A stretch of DNA of 64,000 bases from Candidatus Latescibacterota bacterium (GTDB taxonomy: Bacteria; Latescibacterota; UBA2968; UBA8231), in the NCBI GenBank assembly GCA_965197905.1, contig CBDAOB010000004.1, forward strand, positions 1,184,001 through 1,248,000, given 5' to 3'. The notes beneath the pieces were generated by a model. It made no database searches and was not told the DNA's origin. It was given only the letters and a program-made list of their open reading frames with translations. Positions 20,970 through 31,635 of this stretch are shown here, piece after piece; the first letter of the stretch is position 1, and each line of letters begins with the position of its first letter. Both the position numbers and the translations under genes were made by a program.

Positions 20970-23900
20970 ATGCTCATCTACAACGGCCTTCCAGCCCTGT
21001 CCGAGTTTCGTCGCCGCACCTTGCTGGCAGCCTGCCGCGCGGAGAGTCCACAGATCCGCGACGTGAAGGCCTCTCACCTCGTCGTGGTTGAGCTGGAACG
21101 GGAGCTGACGGAGGCAGAGCACGGCTTATTGGAGCGCGTGCTTCAGGTCGAGGGCCCGGCGAGCGGGTTGAGTGACACAGATATCTTTATCTCGCCCCGG
21201 CCCGGTACGATCTCCTCCTGGTCGAGCAAAGCCACCGATATTCTCCACAACTGCGGTCTGAAGGCGGTGACCCGTGTCGAGCGGGGCACGACCTACCACT
21301 TCACCGTCGCATCAGAGGGTGCCAAATCCACCCTCGAACCGATCCTGCCTCTCCTGTTCGACCGCATGACCGAAGCCCGCGTTGAGGCGCCAAACCTGCT
21401 GTCGCAGCAGGTGGAACCAAGGCCACTGGCGACCATTCCCTTGATGCAACAAGGCGATGCGGCGCTCGTCCGGGCAAACGTGGAGATGGGGCTCGCGCTG
21501 ACGGAGGAGGAGATCGACTACTTCAGCGGTGCCTTCCGCGACATGGGACGAGACCCGACCGATGTCGAGCTCATGATGTTCTCAGTGGTGAATTCCGAAC
21601 ACTGCCGCCACAAGATCTTCAATGCCCGTTGGGTCATCGAAGGAACAGAGCTCGAGCCCACGCTGTTCGACATGATCCGCTACACCCACGCCCGCCATCC
21701 TCAGGGTTGTGTAAAGGCGTATTCGGACAACGCCGGCATCATCGAAGGATTTCCCGCGCCTGTTTTTCGACCTGATCCAGGAGATCGTTTCGCCTACGGC
21801 TATCGCAAACGCGACACCCACATCGTGCTCAAGGTGGAAACCCACAACCATCCGACGGCGATTTCGCCGTTTCCTGGCGCCTCTACCGGAGTTGGCGGAG
21901 AGATTCGGGATGAAGGCGCCACCGGTATCGGAGGTCAGTCGCAGGCGGGGCTCTGCGCGTTTTTCACCTCTCATCTGCGTCTCCCAGGGTTCGAGCAACC
22001 GTGGGAAGACACCGAAATCGAGCTCCCTGCTCAATTGGCTTCTCCCCTGGCGATCATGACCGAAGGTCCCATCGGCGGCGCCGCGTTTGGCAACGAGTTC
22101 GGCCGGCCCAACATCTGTGGCGTCTTTCGCACCTTTGAAGAGATGGTGGATCGCCGCTACCGCGGTTATCACAAGCCGATCATGGTAGCAGGAGGGGTTG
22201 GCCTCATCGATGCCGAACACGTAGAGAAGAAACCACTTGCCGCGGGCGATCTTGTCATCCAGATCGGCGGGCCGGCAATGCTCATCGGTTTGGGGGGCGG
22301 CGCGGCCTCCAGCATGGACACCGGAACCAATGTGGAAGACCTGGACTTCGCGTCGGTGCAGCGAGACAACCCGGAAATGGAGCGCAGGTGCCAGGAACTG
22401 TTGAATCGCTGCATCGCTCTCGGAGCGGAGAATCCGATTCTCAGCATCCACGATGTGGGTGCCGGCGGGCTCTCCAACGCCTGCCCCGAGCTCGTGGCGG
22501 ATACCGGCGCCCAGTTCCAGTTGAGAAAGATCCAGAATGCCGACCCGGGGATGAGCCCTATGGAGCTGTGGTGCAACGAAGCCCAGGAGCGCTATGTCCT
22601 GGTCATCGGTCGTGGTGACGGCGACCGCTTCGAGGAGCTGGCCGCGAGGGAGCGCTGCCCGTTTGCGGTAATCGGCGAGATCAGCGGCGACGGCAAACTC
22701 AACCTGGAAGATTCGCAGTTCGAAAGCCGGCCTATCGACGACCTCGAGCTCGATGTCATCCTGGGCAAACCGCCGCGCCTGGTGCGCGATGTCGCGCGCC
22801 GTCACCAAGAATTGATTCCGTTGAAGCGTCCCACCGGCAACCTGGTGGAGACCGTCGATCGTGTGCTTCGCTTTCCGGCGGTGGCTTCCAAATCCTTTCT
22901 CATAACCATCGCCGACCGCACCGTGACCGGACTCATCGCCCGGGATCAGATGGTCGGACGCCATCAGGTTCCCGTCGCCGATGTGGCCGTCACCGCCACC
23001 TCCTTCAAGACCTACACCGGTTCTGCCATGGCGATGGGAGAACGTACGCCGGTGGCCTTGATCGACGCTCCGGCATCCGGTCGTCTGGCGATCGCGGAAG
23101 CAATCACCAACATCGCCGCCGCGTGCATCGGGCCGCTCGGCAACATCAAGCTCTCAGCCAACTGGATGTGCGCTTGCGGCGAAGACGGTGAGGATGCGCT
23201 GCTATACGACACGGTGCGCGCCGTGGGATTGGAGTTCTGTCCCGATCTCGGTGTTGCCATTCCCGTCGGCAAGGACAGCCTATCCATGCGCACCGTTTGG
23301 CAGGACGGCCGCGGCCAAAACCACGAGATGTCTGCCCCTTTGAGCCTTGTCATCTCGGCGTTTGCGCCGGTTCAAGATATTCGCCAGACCCTGACACCGG
23401 CGCTGACGGCCGTGGACGATACCCGCCTGATAGGGGTGGATCTTGGCCACGGCCGGAATCGTCTGGGGGGCTCCGTGTATGCCCAGGTCCACAACCAGCT
23501 TGGCGACGAATGTCCCGACGTAGATCCGGCGGAGCTTAGGCGACTCTACGACGCCGTGCAGGAGCTGATGGCCGCGGATTGTCTGGTGGCGTATCACGAC
23601 CGGTCCGATGGGGGCATCTTCGTCACCCTCGCCGAGATGGCGTTCGCGGGTGGATGTGGGGTGGAGGTGGACCTTGCCGCGCTCGGATCAGACGGGGATG
23701 CGGCCTTATTCGCGGAGGAAGTCGGCGTCGTCCTGCAAGTTCACAGCCGCGATCTTCCGGCCGTGATGGCCGTATTCGAGCACCATGGCCTGGCCGCTGT
23801 GACCCATGATCTCGGGCGCCCCACTGCCGCAGCGAGGATTCGGATTAGCTGCGATGGAGAGCAGCTGGTGGACGCGCCGACGAGATCGCTGCAGCAAACC

Positions 23901-24830
23901 TGGTCGGAGCTCAGCTACCGGATGCAGTCGCTGCGGGACAACCCCGACTGCGCGCTTCAGGAGTTCGAATCCCTCGCCGACGTCGAGGATACAGGCATGA
24001 ACTTCGAGGTCGGATTCCAGATCAGCGACAACGTCGTGTCGGCTAGATCCGCTCGACCACGGATCGCCGTTCTGCGCGAACAGGGGGTCAACGGTCAGGT
24101 AGAAATGGCTGCAGCCTTCGACGCCGCCGGTTTCGAGGCGATAGACGTCACCATGACCGACCTGCTTACGGGTCGGACCGCACTCGAAAGCTTTCAGGGA
24201 TTGGTGGCCTGCGGTGGTTTCAGCTACGGCGACGTGCTAGGCGCGGGGGCCGGGTGGGCGCGCACCATTCTGTTCAACGACAACCTCCGGGCGCAGTTCG
24301 AAACCTTCTTCAGGAACCCGCACACCTTTGGTCTGGGGGTCTGCAACGGGTGCCAGATGCTGTCCCACCTGAAGGAGTTGATTCCGGGCTCCGACTCGTG
24401 GCCGCGTTTTCTGCGCAACCGCTCCGAGCAGTTTGAAGCACGCTACGTCACCGTGGAGGTCGTGGACAGCCCTTCGATATTGCTTGGAAACATGGCGGGC
24501 ACGCGACTGGGGATTCCCTGCGCCCACGGAGAGGGGCGAGCCGAGTTTGCCGATCCCGAGGCACGGCGGGGAACCGAAGCCGCCGGTTTGATCGCGCTGC
24601 GTTACGTCGACAACCGAGGTGCTCCTACCGAGCGCTACCCGTTTAATCCGAACGGGTCTCCACGGGGCGTTGCGGCGCTCAGCTCTACCGATGGTCGGGT
24701 GACGATCATGATGCCCCATCCGGAGCGAGTCTTCCGCAACGTGCAGCTTTCCTGGCGCCCCGCCGATTGGTCGGGTGAATTCAGCCCCTGGCTGCAACTG
24801 TTCCAAAATGCCCGCCGCTTTGTCACCTGA
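20970..24830 (+). CDS. purL: Phosphoribosylformylglycinamidine synthase (large single-chain type)
   Basis: [38 protein letters not shown] motifs. Confidence 0.97.
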   Translation: MLIYNGLPALSEFRRRTLLAACRAESPQIRDVKASHLVVVELERELTEAEHGLLERVLQVEGPASGLSDTDIFISPRPGTISSWSSKATDILHNCGLKAVTRVERGTTYHFTVASEGAKSTLEPILPLLFDRMTEARVEAPNLLSQQVEPRPLATIPLMQQGDAALVRANVEMGLALTEEEIDYFSGAFRDMGRDPTDVELMMFSVVNSEHCRHKIFNARWVIEGTELEPTLFDMIRYTHARHPQGCVKAYSDNAGIIEGFPAPVFRPDPGDRFAYGYRKRDTHIVLKVETHNHPTAISPFPGASTGVGGEIRDEGATGIGGQSQAGLCAFFTSHLRLPGFEQPWEDTEIELPAQLASPLAIMTEGPIGGAAFGNEFGRPNICGVFRTFEEMVDRRYRGYHKPIMVAGGVGLIDAEHVEKKPLAAGDLVIQIGGPAMLIGLGGGAASSMDTGTNVEDLDFASVQRDNPEMERRCQELLNRCIALGAENPILSIHDVGAGGLSNACPELVADTGAQFQLRKIQNADPGMSPMELWCNEAQERYVLVIGRGDGDRFEELAARERCPFAVIGEISGDGKLNLEDSQFESRPIDDLELDVILGKPPRLVRDVARRHQELIPLKRPTGNLVETVDRVLRFPAVASKSFLITIADRTVTGLIARDQMVGRHQVPVADVAVTATSFKTYTGSAMAMGERTPVALIDAPASGRLAIAEAITNIAAACIGPLGNIKLSANWMCACGEDGEDALLYDTVRAVGLEFCPDLGVAIPVGKDSLSMRTVWQDGRGQNHEMSAPLSLVISAFAPVQDIRQTLTPALTAVDDTRLIGVDLGHGRNRLGGSVYAQVHNQLGDECPDVDPAELRRLYDAVQELMAADCLVAYHDRSDGGIFVTLAEMAFAGGCGVEVDLAALGSDGDAALFAEEVGVVLQVHSRDLPAVMAVFEHHGLAAVTHDLGRPTAAARIRISCDGEQLVDAPTRSLQQTWSELSYRMQSLRDNPDCALQEFESLADVEDTGMNFEVGFQISDNVVSARSARPRIAVLREQGVNGQVEMAAAFDAAGFEAIDVTMTDLLTGRTALESFQGLVACGGFSYGDVLGAGAGWARTILFNDNLRAQFETFFRNPHTFGLGVCNGCQMLSHLKELIPGSDSWPRFLRNRSEQFEARYVTVEVVDSPSILLGNMAGTRLGIPCAHGEGRAEFADPEARRGTEAAGLIALRYVDNRGAPTERYPFNPNGSPRGVAALSSTDGRVTIMMPHPERVFRNVQLSWRPADWSGEFSPWLQLFQNARRFVT

Positions 24831-24862
24831 TCGTCGGCCCCATCCCCGGACTGCGGCATAGA

Positions 24863-26206
24863 TCAGCCACCGCGGCAGAAGCGGCAGACAATGTCGTAGA
24901 TGATATGCGTCGCGAAGAGAAGGTTGTCCACCGAGGTTCGTTCATCGTGTCCGTGGACCAGTCTCATCTCCTCGAGCCCGGGTTGCTGTCGGTACGGCAT
25001 AAATCCGTAGACCTGCGTCTCCGGTCTGCGTGGGCAGATATGTTTGGCGTCGCTCCCACCCGCCATTAGGGACGGAACCACGGGCGCCGCGGGATCATGC
25101 TGGGCCATCACGTCCACCACGGCTTGGAACAGCTGCGACTTCGAACTTGCCTCCAGCGGCGGGCTGTACTGATCGATCTCGATCTCCACCTCGTCGCCGA
25201 TGTAGGGGCGCAACTCCGCCACAAAGCTCTCCATCGTCTGACCCGGTGCCAGGCGACCGTCCACCCATGCAGTGGCTGTTGCCGGAATGACATTGATCTT
25301 GCTCCCCGCCTGAAGCATGGTAACCGAAGCGGTATTGCGCAGCAGCGCGCTTAGCTCCGCTTTGAACTCGGTGGGCAGTGTCAGCTGGTCAAACGCGGCG
25401 GCGCTGCGTTGAGGATCGGCTAGATCGCGCAGATGGGTTGCCAAGGTTGCCTGTTGTCCTTCAGCGATCTCATCCAGGTAGTGGGTCATGGTAGGCGAAG
25501 GGTGAAGGGGTAGAACCACCTCCTGCAGCCGACCTATCGCCTTGCACAGATTTACCACAGCATTCTTGTTGTGCGGGATCGACCCATGCCCCGGCTCACC
25601 CCGCGCGTGCACTCGCATGCGACAGATCCCCTTCTGACCCGTCTGGCAGGTATAGAACCGGCGGCCGCCCAGGCGCAGGTCGCTGCCACCTCCCTCGGTC
25701 AAAATGAACCTGGCATCGATCAGCTTGGGACGGTTGTCCAGCAGCCAACCCGGTCCGTGCTCCCCCTTGCCCGCCTCTTCGTCAGCCGTGGCCGCATACA
25801 GAACGTCCCGATTTAGCGCGATCCCCTCGCGCTTGAGCAACAACATCACCATAAGCTCAGCAGCCACCATGTTCTTCATGTCCAGGGCCCCGCGTCCCCA
25901 GATGAATCCATCGTGAAGTTCCCCGCCGAACGGAGGAAACGTCCATTTGTCCGGTTCGCAGGCGACCACGTCCAGATGCCCCAACAACAGAAGCGGAGGT
26001 TCGTCACCGCCACGCAATCGCGTGGTTACATTGCCTCGGCCAGGTTGTGATTCGGTGATTTCCGTTTCGAATCCTTCCCGGGCCAGCACCCCAGACAGGT
26101 ACTGTGCCGCCTCGGTTTCGTTACCGGGGGGATTGGTCGTATCGATGCGCAGCAGCATCTGCAGGTGGTTCGTTACTTCCGCTCCAACTTCGGTCCAGTC
26201 GATCAT
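24863..26206 (-). CDS. M20/M25/M40 family metallopeptidase/amidohydrolase
   Basis: GHLDVV, GRGALDMK, ADEEAG, HGHDER motifs. Confidence 0.9.
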   Translation of the reverse strand: MIDWTEVGAEVTNHLQMLLRIDTTNPPGNETEAAQYLSGVLAREGFETEITESQPGRGNVTTRLRGGDEPPLLLLGHLDVVACEPDKWTFPPFGGELHDGFIWGRGALDMKNMVAAELMVMLLLKREGIALNRDVLYAATADEEAGKGEHGPGWLLDNRPKLIDARFILTEGGGSDLRLGGRRFYTCQTGQKGICRMRVHARGEPGHGSIPHNKNAVVNLCKAIGRLQEVVLPLHPSPTMTHYLDEIAEGQQATLATHLRDLADPQRSAAAFDQLTLPTEFKAELSALLRNTASVTMLQAGSKINVIPATATAWVDGRLAPGQTMESFVAELRPYIGDEVEIEIDQYSPPLEASSKSQLFQAVVDVMAQHDPAAPVVPSLMAGGSDAKHICPRRPETQVYGFMPYRQQPGLEEMRLVHGHDERTSVDNLLFATHIIYDIVCRFCRGG

Positions 26207-26877
26207 CGCAGGCCTGCCTCCAGTTTTCCGCCGGCGGCCTGGTGAGCAAGACGGGTAGGTTCGGGAAGTCGGTAGCCGCGGCCGCACGCCAGCAGGTATT
26301 CTACCGCTTCATCCAACGTCACCCGGTGACCGACGGAAACGTACACTGGCTTCACCTTCGTGCGCGTGCGCAACACCGCACCAATCGTTTCCGCCTTGTC
26401 TTTGAGAGGAACCTGGCTGCCTCGCTCCGTTCCCGGCTCATCGTGCTCGCCACAAAGACGCGATTTGGCGCAACCGACCGTAGGCAAATCCAGCAGCAGA
26501 CCCAGATGGGCGGCGATTCCGAGACGCCTTGGGTGAGCGACTCCCTGTCCATCTACCAGGACCAGGTCGGGTTTGCGGCGAACCATTTCGAAGGCACCCA
26601 GCAAACCCGGGCATTCGCGGAACGAGAGTAGACCGGGCACGTAGGGGAATTCGATGGCCCGTTCGTCGACGCGGACCTCGTGCAGTTCAAGCTCGGGATA
26701 GCTCAGGATTACGACCGCGGACATCGCTCTGCCGGCTTTCATGGAGGCATCTACCCCTGCGATCCATTTCACCGGCGATGTTAGCGGCGCCGTGGTCACC
26801 TTGTCCCGGAGCTGTTTCTGCAGCGCCACGGCCTCTTTGGGAGTGAGATTCCAGGGATGTAGGTTCTTTGTTTTCAT
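26203..26877 (-). CDS. nfi: Endonuclease V
   Basis: AGVD, FPYVPGLLSFRE, DGQGVAHPRRLGIA, GCAKS, YRLPEPTR motifs. Confidence 0.95.
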   Translation of the reverse strand: MKTKNLHPWNLTPKEAVALQKQLRDKVTTAPLTSPVKWIAGVDASMKAGRAMSAVVILSYPELELHEVRVDERAIEFPYVPGLLSFRECPGLLGAFEMVRRKPDLVLVDGQGVAHPRRLGIAAHLGLLLDLPTVGCAKSRLCGEHDEPGTERGSQVPLKDKAETIGAVLRTRTKVKPVYVSVGHRVTLDEAVEYLLACGRGYRLPEPTRLAHQAAGGKLEAGLR

Positions 26878-26899
26878 GGCGGCATGGAGGTGTCGTTCA

Positions 26900-27643
26900 T
26901 CAACCCCAAAGGCGAATTACGTAGAACGAGATGCCAAAATAGATCAACAACGACAACACGTCGTTCAGAGCTGTGATCAGTGGTCCGGATGCCACCGCCG
27001 GATCCACCCCGATGCGGCGAAAAACCAGCGGAATACTGGCCCCGAGTCCGGCGGCAACCACCACGGCGGCAACCATCGCCAAACCGACGGACTCTCCCAC
27101 CACCGGGCCCCCGATCCAGAAGCGGGCGACCACATAAACCAGCAAACCCAGTACCAGACCCATGGTCAGGGCGATCTGCAATTCCCTCAGCATCCCTTGA
27201 GCTGTCCGAGCGCCAGGCTGCGAACCGTGACCGTGGATGTCTGGATGCCGGAGTTGCCCCCCATGGCCATCACCGCGGGAATGAATAGAATGAGTGCCGT
27301 CCAGTTGGCGAGCGTCTCTTCGAAGGAATCGATGACGGCGGCCGAACCGAGGGCCACCACCAGGCAAACCAGCAACCAGGGGAGCCGCCGGTACACCAGG
27401 GGAAACAGGGAACGTTCTTCCACGGCGGCCGGTCGGATCGCCGCCATCTCGTTGGCGCCACTCTTCCTCATCCAGATGGCGGAAGAGATCGGCCAGATCA
27501 GCCGGGCGCTGACTGTTGAGTATCAGCGCCAGCGTCGAGGTATCATGCGCAGCCAGAAGCTGGTTCACCGTGTTCAGCAGGGCTTGGCGATGGCCTTCCA
27601 GCTGTCCGCCGCCCAGCGCCTCTCGTTCGGAGCGTTCGTTCAC
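26900..27643 (-). pseudogene. mgtE: MgtE Mg2+ transporter remnant (CBS region deleted, two frame changes)
   Basis: N-terminal PADLADL, then RRLPWL...GGNSGIQT..VTVR in another frame, then IGVDPAVASGPLITALND; about 740 nt versus about 1350 nt for an intact mgtE. Confidence 0.85.
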
Positions 27644-27731
27644 ATCAAACCGCCTTCGCTGTGGGAGTACCTGCCTCAACATGCGCCCGGAGCAGGATTC
27701 CATCCAGTGGAATATTGCTTGTAAAGATCAC

Positions 27732-30700
27732 ATGGAACCGCTATCCTTCGGCCACCCCTTCCGAGCCAGGACATTCCGCCGTTTGGTGCACCAGGAATCA
27801 CCCAGCACCCCATCCGTTCCCGATTATCTGAGCTTTCTGAAACGGCGCGTCCTTGGAGACACGCTGGTTCACGAGCAGACCATTCCGCCGCGTGAAGGCC
27901 GTCTGGTCGAAGGTTCAGATCGGCTTCCCGCCGCGGTGAATCGCATCGTCGATGCGGCGGGCGTGCGCTCACTCTACTGCCACCAAGTCGAAGGCATAGA
28001 AAAGGTTCTGGCCGGCGAAAACGTGGTCATCTCCACGCCTACGGCCAGCGGTAAGACCCTGGTCTACAACGCACCCATCGTCGCTTCCTTGCTCGAAGAT
28101 CCGACCCGGCGGGCGCTCTACATCTTCCCGCTGAAAGCGTTGGTGCAGGACCAATTCGACGAGCTGAAGTCCCTTCTGCGACGACTCGACAGTAAGCTAC
28201 GGGTAGACATCTTCGACGGCGATACCCCCGCCCACGCGCGGCGCAAGATCAAATCTGACCCGCCTCACCTGCTCATCACCACCCCCGATATGCTACACGC
28301 AGGCATGCTCGCTTTTCACGAGCAGTGGGCGGATTTCTTCGAGGCCCTGCGATTCGCGGTCATCGATGAACTGCACACGTATAGCGGCATCTTCGGCTCC
28401 CACATCCTGCATCTGTTCCGGCGGTTCAACCGGGTGTGTCACTCATACGGCAGTCGTCCACTGGTCATCACCAGCTCGGCCACCATCGGAAACCCGACTG
28501 AGCTCGCCTCCAGCCTCTTCAACCGGAGGTTTCACGCCGTGGTGGAGAATGGCGCCCCCAGCGCGCGCCGGCATTTCCTTTTTCTCAACCCCACCGAAAG
28601 CGCAAACACCCTCGCAGCCAGCCTGTTGCGATTGAGCGTCACCCGCGACCTGCGAACCATCGTGTTCACCCGCGCTCGGGTCATCACCGAGCTCATCTAC
28701 CGCTGGGTCACTCAGTCCCGTAATGATCTTCGCGACGTGATAAGCTCCTATCGCGCAGGTTATCTGCCGGAGGAGCGTCGGCAGATCGAAGCCGCGCTTT
28801 TGGACGGCCGCCTCAAGGGTGTCGTCTCCACCTCGGCGCTGGAACTGGGCATCGATATCGGGGGTTTGGATGTGTGCATTCTCGTGGGCTACCCCGGATC
28901 GATCGTCAATAGCTGGCAGCGCGCGGGACGCGTTGGTCGCGCCAGCAACGAATCGTTGATCGTGCTCATCGCGAGTCGAGATGCGCTGGATCAGTTCTTC
29001 ATGCGGCACCCGGAACATTTCTTCGGGCGCTCCTTCGAAGACGCGGTGGTAGACCCCTCCAACAAATATGTCCTGAAGGGCCACCTTGCCTGCGCTGCAC
29101 GCGAGTTGCCGCTAAGCCTCGATGAGGCGGAGTATCAAATACCTGGATGGCGCGGGGCCATCGAGGAAATGGTGGAAGAAGGCGACCTTCTGGAAGGAGC
29201 CGAAGGAAACACCTGGTACGCCGCCCGCAAGCAGCCGCATCGGCTGGTCAACATGCGCGCAGTCGGCGAATCGTGGACCATCTACAAGGCGGGCACCCGG
29301 AGCATTATCGGCACCGTCAGTGGCGGGCAGATCTACTCCGAATGTTACGAAGGGGCCGTCTACCTCCATCGTGGCCGACAGTATCAAATCGGCGACCGCG
29401 ATGCGAAGAAAAGACAGATATACGCCAAGGAGGTGGATGTTCCGTACTACACCCGGGCGCGCTCCAATAAGGAGACGGAGATCCTCCAGGAGCTGAAATC
29501 GAAACCGATGTTTGGTTATCTGGCGAAGATGGGACGTCTCAAGGTCAGCGCGCAGGTGGTCGGGTTCGAGAAGGTGAGAGTGGGCGACCAAGTGATTATC
29601 AGCAGACACGAGCTCGAAGCGCCGGTGGAGCATTTCGAAACCATCGGCTTCTGGATCGAGCTGGATGCGCGCTTCAAGAAGGAGCTGAAGCGCCATGGGT
29701 ACCACCACATGGGCTCCATGCACGCGATCGAACATGCCATGAAGTCGCTGTTTCCGTTCTTCGCGCTAAGTGAACGCACCGACGTGGGGGGGATCTGCTA
29801 TCCGCTGCATCCGCAGCTGCGCCTGGGCGCCATTTTCATCTACGATTTCTATCCCGGCGGTATCGGCTTGGCCGAAAAGGGATTTGCCAAGCTGGACGAG
29901 TTGCTCGAGATGACCCTCGATCTCGTTTCGAGCTGCGACTGCGAGCTCGGATGCCCATCCTGCATCCACTTCCCGTCATGTGGCGCTGGCAACGTTCCGT
30001 TGGACAAAGCGGGAAGCGTGTTTCTGTTGGAGATTCTCTGCGGACGCCGCACCCTCGAGTCGCCCCCATTCCCGGGGGAAGAGCTCGACGAGGGTCCTCC
30101 TATCTTCGCCTCCTGGGATCAGGAAGAAGACGACCTGCCGGCGGTCGAGGATACGGGGCCACACCTGGTTGTCTTCGACCTGGAAACCCAACTGAGCGCC
30201 GCCGAAGTCGGGGGTTGGAACAAAACGTATCTAATGCGCATGTCGGTTGGCATCGTCTGGGACAGTCGTCTGGACGATTTTGTGATCTACCATGAAAAGG
30301 ATGTCGATCGCCTTATCGAACATTTGCAGCGCGCCGATCTGATTGTGGGATTCAACATCGTCGGGTTCGATTACAGCGTATTGCGAGGATACACCAACTT
30401 CGATTTTCGCGAGCTCAACACCCTAGACATTATCAAAGACGTGCATGCCTACCTCAGGTATCGCGTGAGTCTCGACGCCCTGGCGACCGCAACGTTGAAC
30501 AGCCCCAAAAGCGCCGACGGGTTGCAGGCATTGCAATGGTTCAAAGAGGGGCGGATGGATCTCATCGAGAAGTACTGTCGGCAGGACGTGCAGGTGACCC
30601 ACGATCTGTTTCGGTACGGCATCGAACACGGCCACCTCCTTTTCGACCGCAAGGAAGAGGGGCGGATGCGTATCCAGGTCAATTGGAACCTGGAGGAGCT

Positions 30701-30767
30701 GGTAGCAGGTCGGAAGACGCCGGTGAAACCGGCGATGGTGTGGAAAGCCGCCCAGCGAGCAACCTGA
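27732..30767 (+). CDS. YprA/MrfA-like DEAD/H helicase (DUF1998) fused to a C-terminal YprB/MrfB-like RNase-H-like exonuclease
   Basis: TPTASGKT, DELH, SAT, STSALELGIDIG, QRAGRVGR, CDCELGCPSC; then VFDLET, GFNIVGFDY, YCRQDV. Confidence 0.9.
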   Translation: MEPLSFGHPFRARTFRRLVHQESPSTPSVPDYLSFLKRRVLGDTLVHEQTIPPREGRLVEGSDRLPAAVNRIVDAAGVRSLYCHQVEGIEKVLAGENVVISTPTASGKTLVYNAPIVASLLEDPTRRALYIFPLKALVQDQFDELKSLLRRLDSKLRVDIFDGDTPAHARRKIKSDPPHLLITTPDMLHAGMLAFHEQWADFFEALRFAVIDELHTYSGIFGSHILHLFRRFNRVCHSYGSRPLVITSSATIGNPTELASSLFNRRFHAVVENGAPSARRHFLFLNPTESANTLAASLLRLSVTRDLRTIVFTRARVITELIYRWVTQSRNDLRDVISSYRAGYLPEERRQIEAALLDGRLKGVVSTSALELGIDIGGLDVCILVGYPGSIVNSWQRAGRVGRASNESLIVLIASRDALDQFFMRHPEHFFGRSFEDAVVDPSNKYVLKGHLACAARELPLSLDEAEYQIPGWRGAIEEMVEEGDLLEGAEGNTWYAARKQPHRLVNMRAVGESWTIYKAGTRSIIGTVSGGQIYSECYEGAVYLHRGRQYQIGDRDAKKRQIYAKEVDVPYYTRARSNKETEILQELKSKPMFGYLAKMGRLKVSAQVVGFEKVRVGDQVIISRHELEAPVEHFETIGFWIELDARFKKELKRHGYHHMGSMHAIEHAMKSLFPFFALSERTDVGGICYPLHPQLRLGAIFIYDFYPGGIGLAEKGFAKLDELLEMTLDLVSSCDCELGCPSCIHFPSCGAGNVPLDKAGSVFLLEILCGRRTLESPPFPGEELDEGPPIFASWDQEEDDLPAVEDTGPHLVVFDLETQLSAAEVGGWNKTYLMRMSVGIVWDSRLDDFVIYHEKDVDRLIEHLQRADLIVGFNIVGFDYSVLRGYTNFDFRELNTLDIIKDVHAYLRYRVSLDALATATLNSPKSADGLQALQWFKEGRMDLIEKYCRQDVQVTHDLFRYGIEHGHLLFDRKEEGRMRIQVNWNLEELVAGRKTPVKPAMVWKAAQRAT

Positions 30768-30780
30768 GCGAATTTTATGT

Positions 30781-30892
30781 GGTGGAGAATCCGTCTGCCC
30801 GATGGGCGGACGATCCAGGGTGTCCCCGAGCGGATTCGAAACGTCCTGTCCGCATGACAGCGGACAGGAGGGGATATCCTGGACCGGCCACC
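30781..30892. repeat. Nested-palindrome element (REP/MITE-like or structured RNA)
   Basis: Stems 30792-30800/30804-30812, 30814-30827/30870-30883, 30844-30853/30860-30869, and outer GGTGG/CCACC. Confidence 0.6.
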
Positions 30893-30903
30893 TCTAGACG
30901 CTC

Positions 30904-31593
30904 ATGACCATCAAGCTAGTATTCTTCGATATGGAAGGCACCCTGTTCCGCAAAGCGGTGCACGACGTACGCGGCAACGTCGCGCCCAGCGCCTGGGGTA
31001 TGCTGGCACAACAGCTGGGTCCTGAAGGGGCACGAGAAGAGTCGGCATCCGTCGACAAGTGGAACGCCGGTCGGTACTCGGGATACGTCGAGTGGATGGA
31101 GGACACCATTCGCATCCACCAGAAGTACGGCGTCACCCGAAAGCTCTTCGATTCGGTGATGGCCGGCATCGACTACCACCCCGGCGTCGATGAGGTGTTC
31201 CAGCAACTTCGGGCTCGCGGAATTCGCACCGCCCTGGTCTCCGGCGGATTCAAGGCGCAAGCGGACCGCGCCCTCATCGATCTCAGGATCGACCACGCCT
31301 TCGCAGCGTGCGAATACTTCTGGGACGAAAATGGAGAGCTTCTGCATTGGAACCTCCTGCCCTGCGACTACGAAGGTAAACTCGATTTCATGCAGTTGAT
31401 CATGAAGGAACACGGTCTGACGGCAAACGATTGCGCTTTTGTAGGCGATGGAAGCAACGATATTCATTTTGCCAAAGCCGTAGATGTCAGTATCGCGTTC
31501 AACGGGGCCGAGGAGCTGCAGGCGGTCTCGTCTCATTCCATCAATCAAAAGCCGGGTGAAGAGGATTTCAGAGCCGTATTGGAGTTCCTTTGA
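30904..31593 (+). CDS. HAD-IB phosphatase (SerB/ThrH-like)
   Basis: FFDMEGT, VSGG, VGDGSND motifs. Confidence 0.85.
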   Translation: MTIKLVFFDMEGTLFRKAVHDVRGNVAPSAWGMLAQQLGPEGAREESASVDKWNAGRYSGYVEWMEDTIRIHQKYGVTRKLFDSVMAGIDYHPGVDEVFQQLRARGIRTALVSGGFKAQADRALIDLRIDHAFAACEYFWDENGELLHWNLLPCDYEGKLDFMQLIMKEHGLTANDCAFVGDGSNDIHFAKAVDVSIAFNGAEELQAVSSHSINQKPGEEDFRAVLEFL

Positions 31594-31635
31594 ACCGTCG
31601 AGGTCGCAGACAACCAACCGAGAAAGGAAACTCCC

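Noticed and set aside
21582..22964. 460-aa minus-strand ORF (likewise 19131..20261, 38457..40040, 57312..58817, 62437..63285)
   Set aside because: Antisense shadows of purL, sucA, the aminotransferase, the matrixin and the Lon-like gene, expected at high GC.
27187..27189. Second Sec-type UGA (TGC TGA in mgtE)
   Set aside because: Coding continues in a different frame, so it is a frameshift lesion rather than readthrough.
27732..30767. DUF1998 helicase as part of a DISARM/Druantia-like defence system
   Set aside because: No methylase, PLD nuclease or other defence genes adjacent; the architecture fits MrfAB-type repair.
30814..30843. tRNA gene on the minus strand
   Set aside because: T-loop-like motif only; no paired T-stem, D arm, anticodon arm or CCA.
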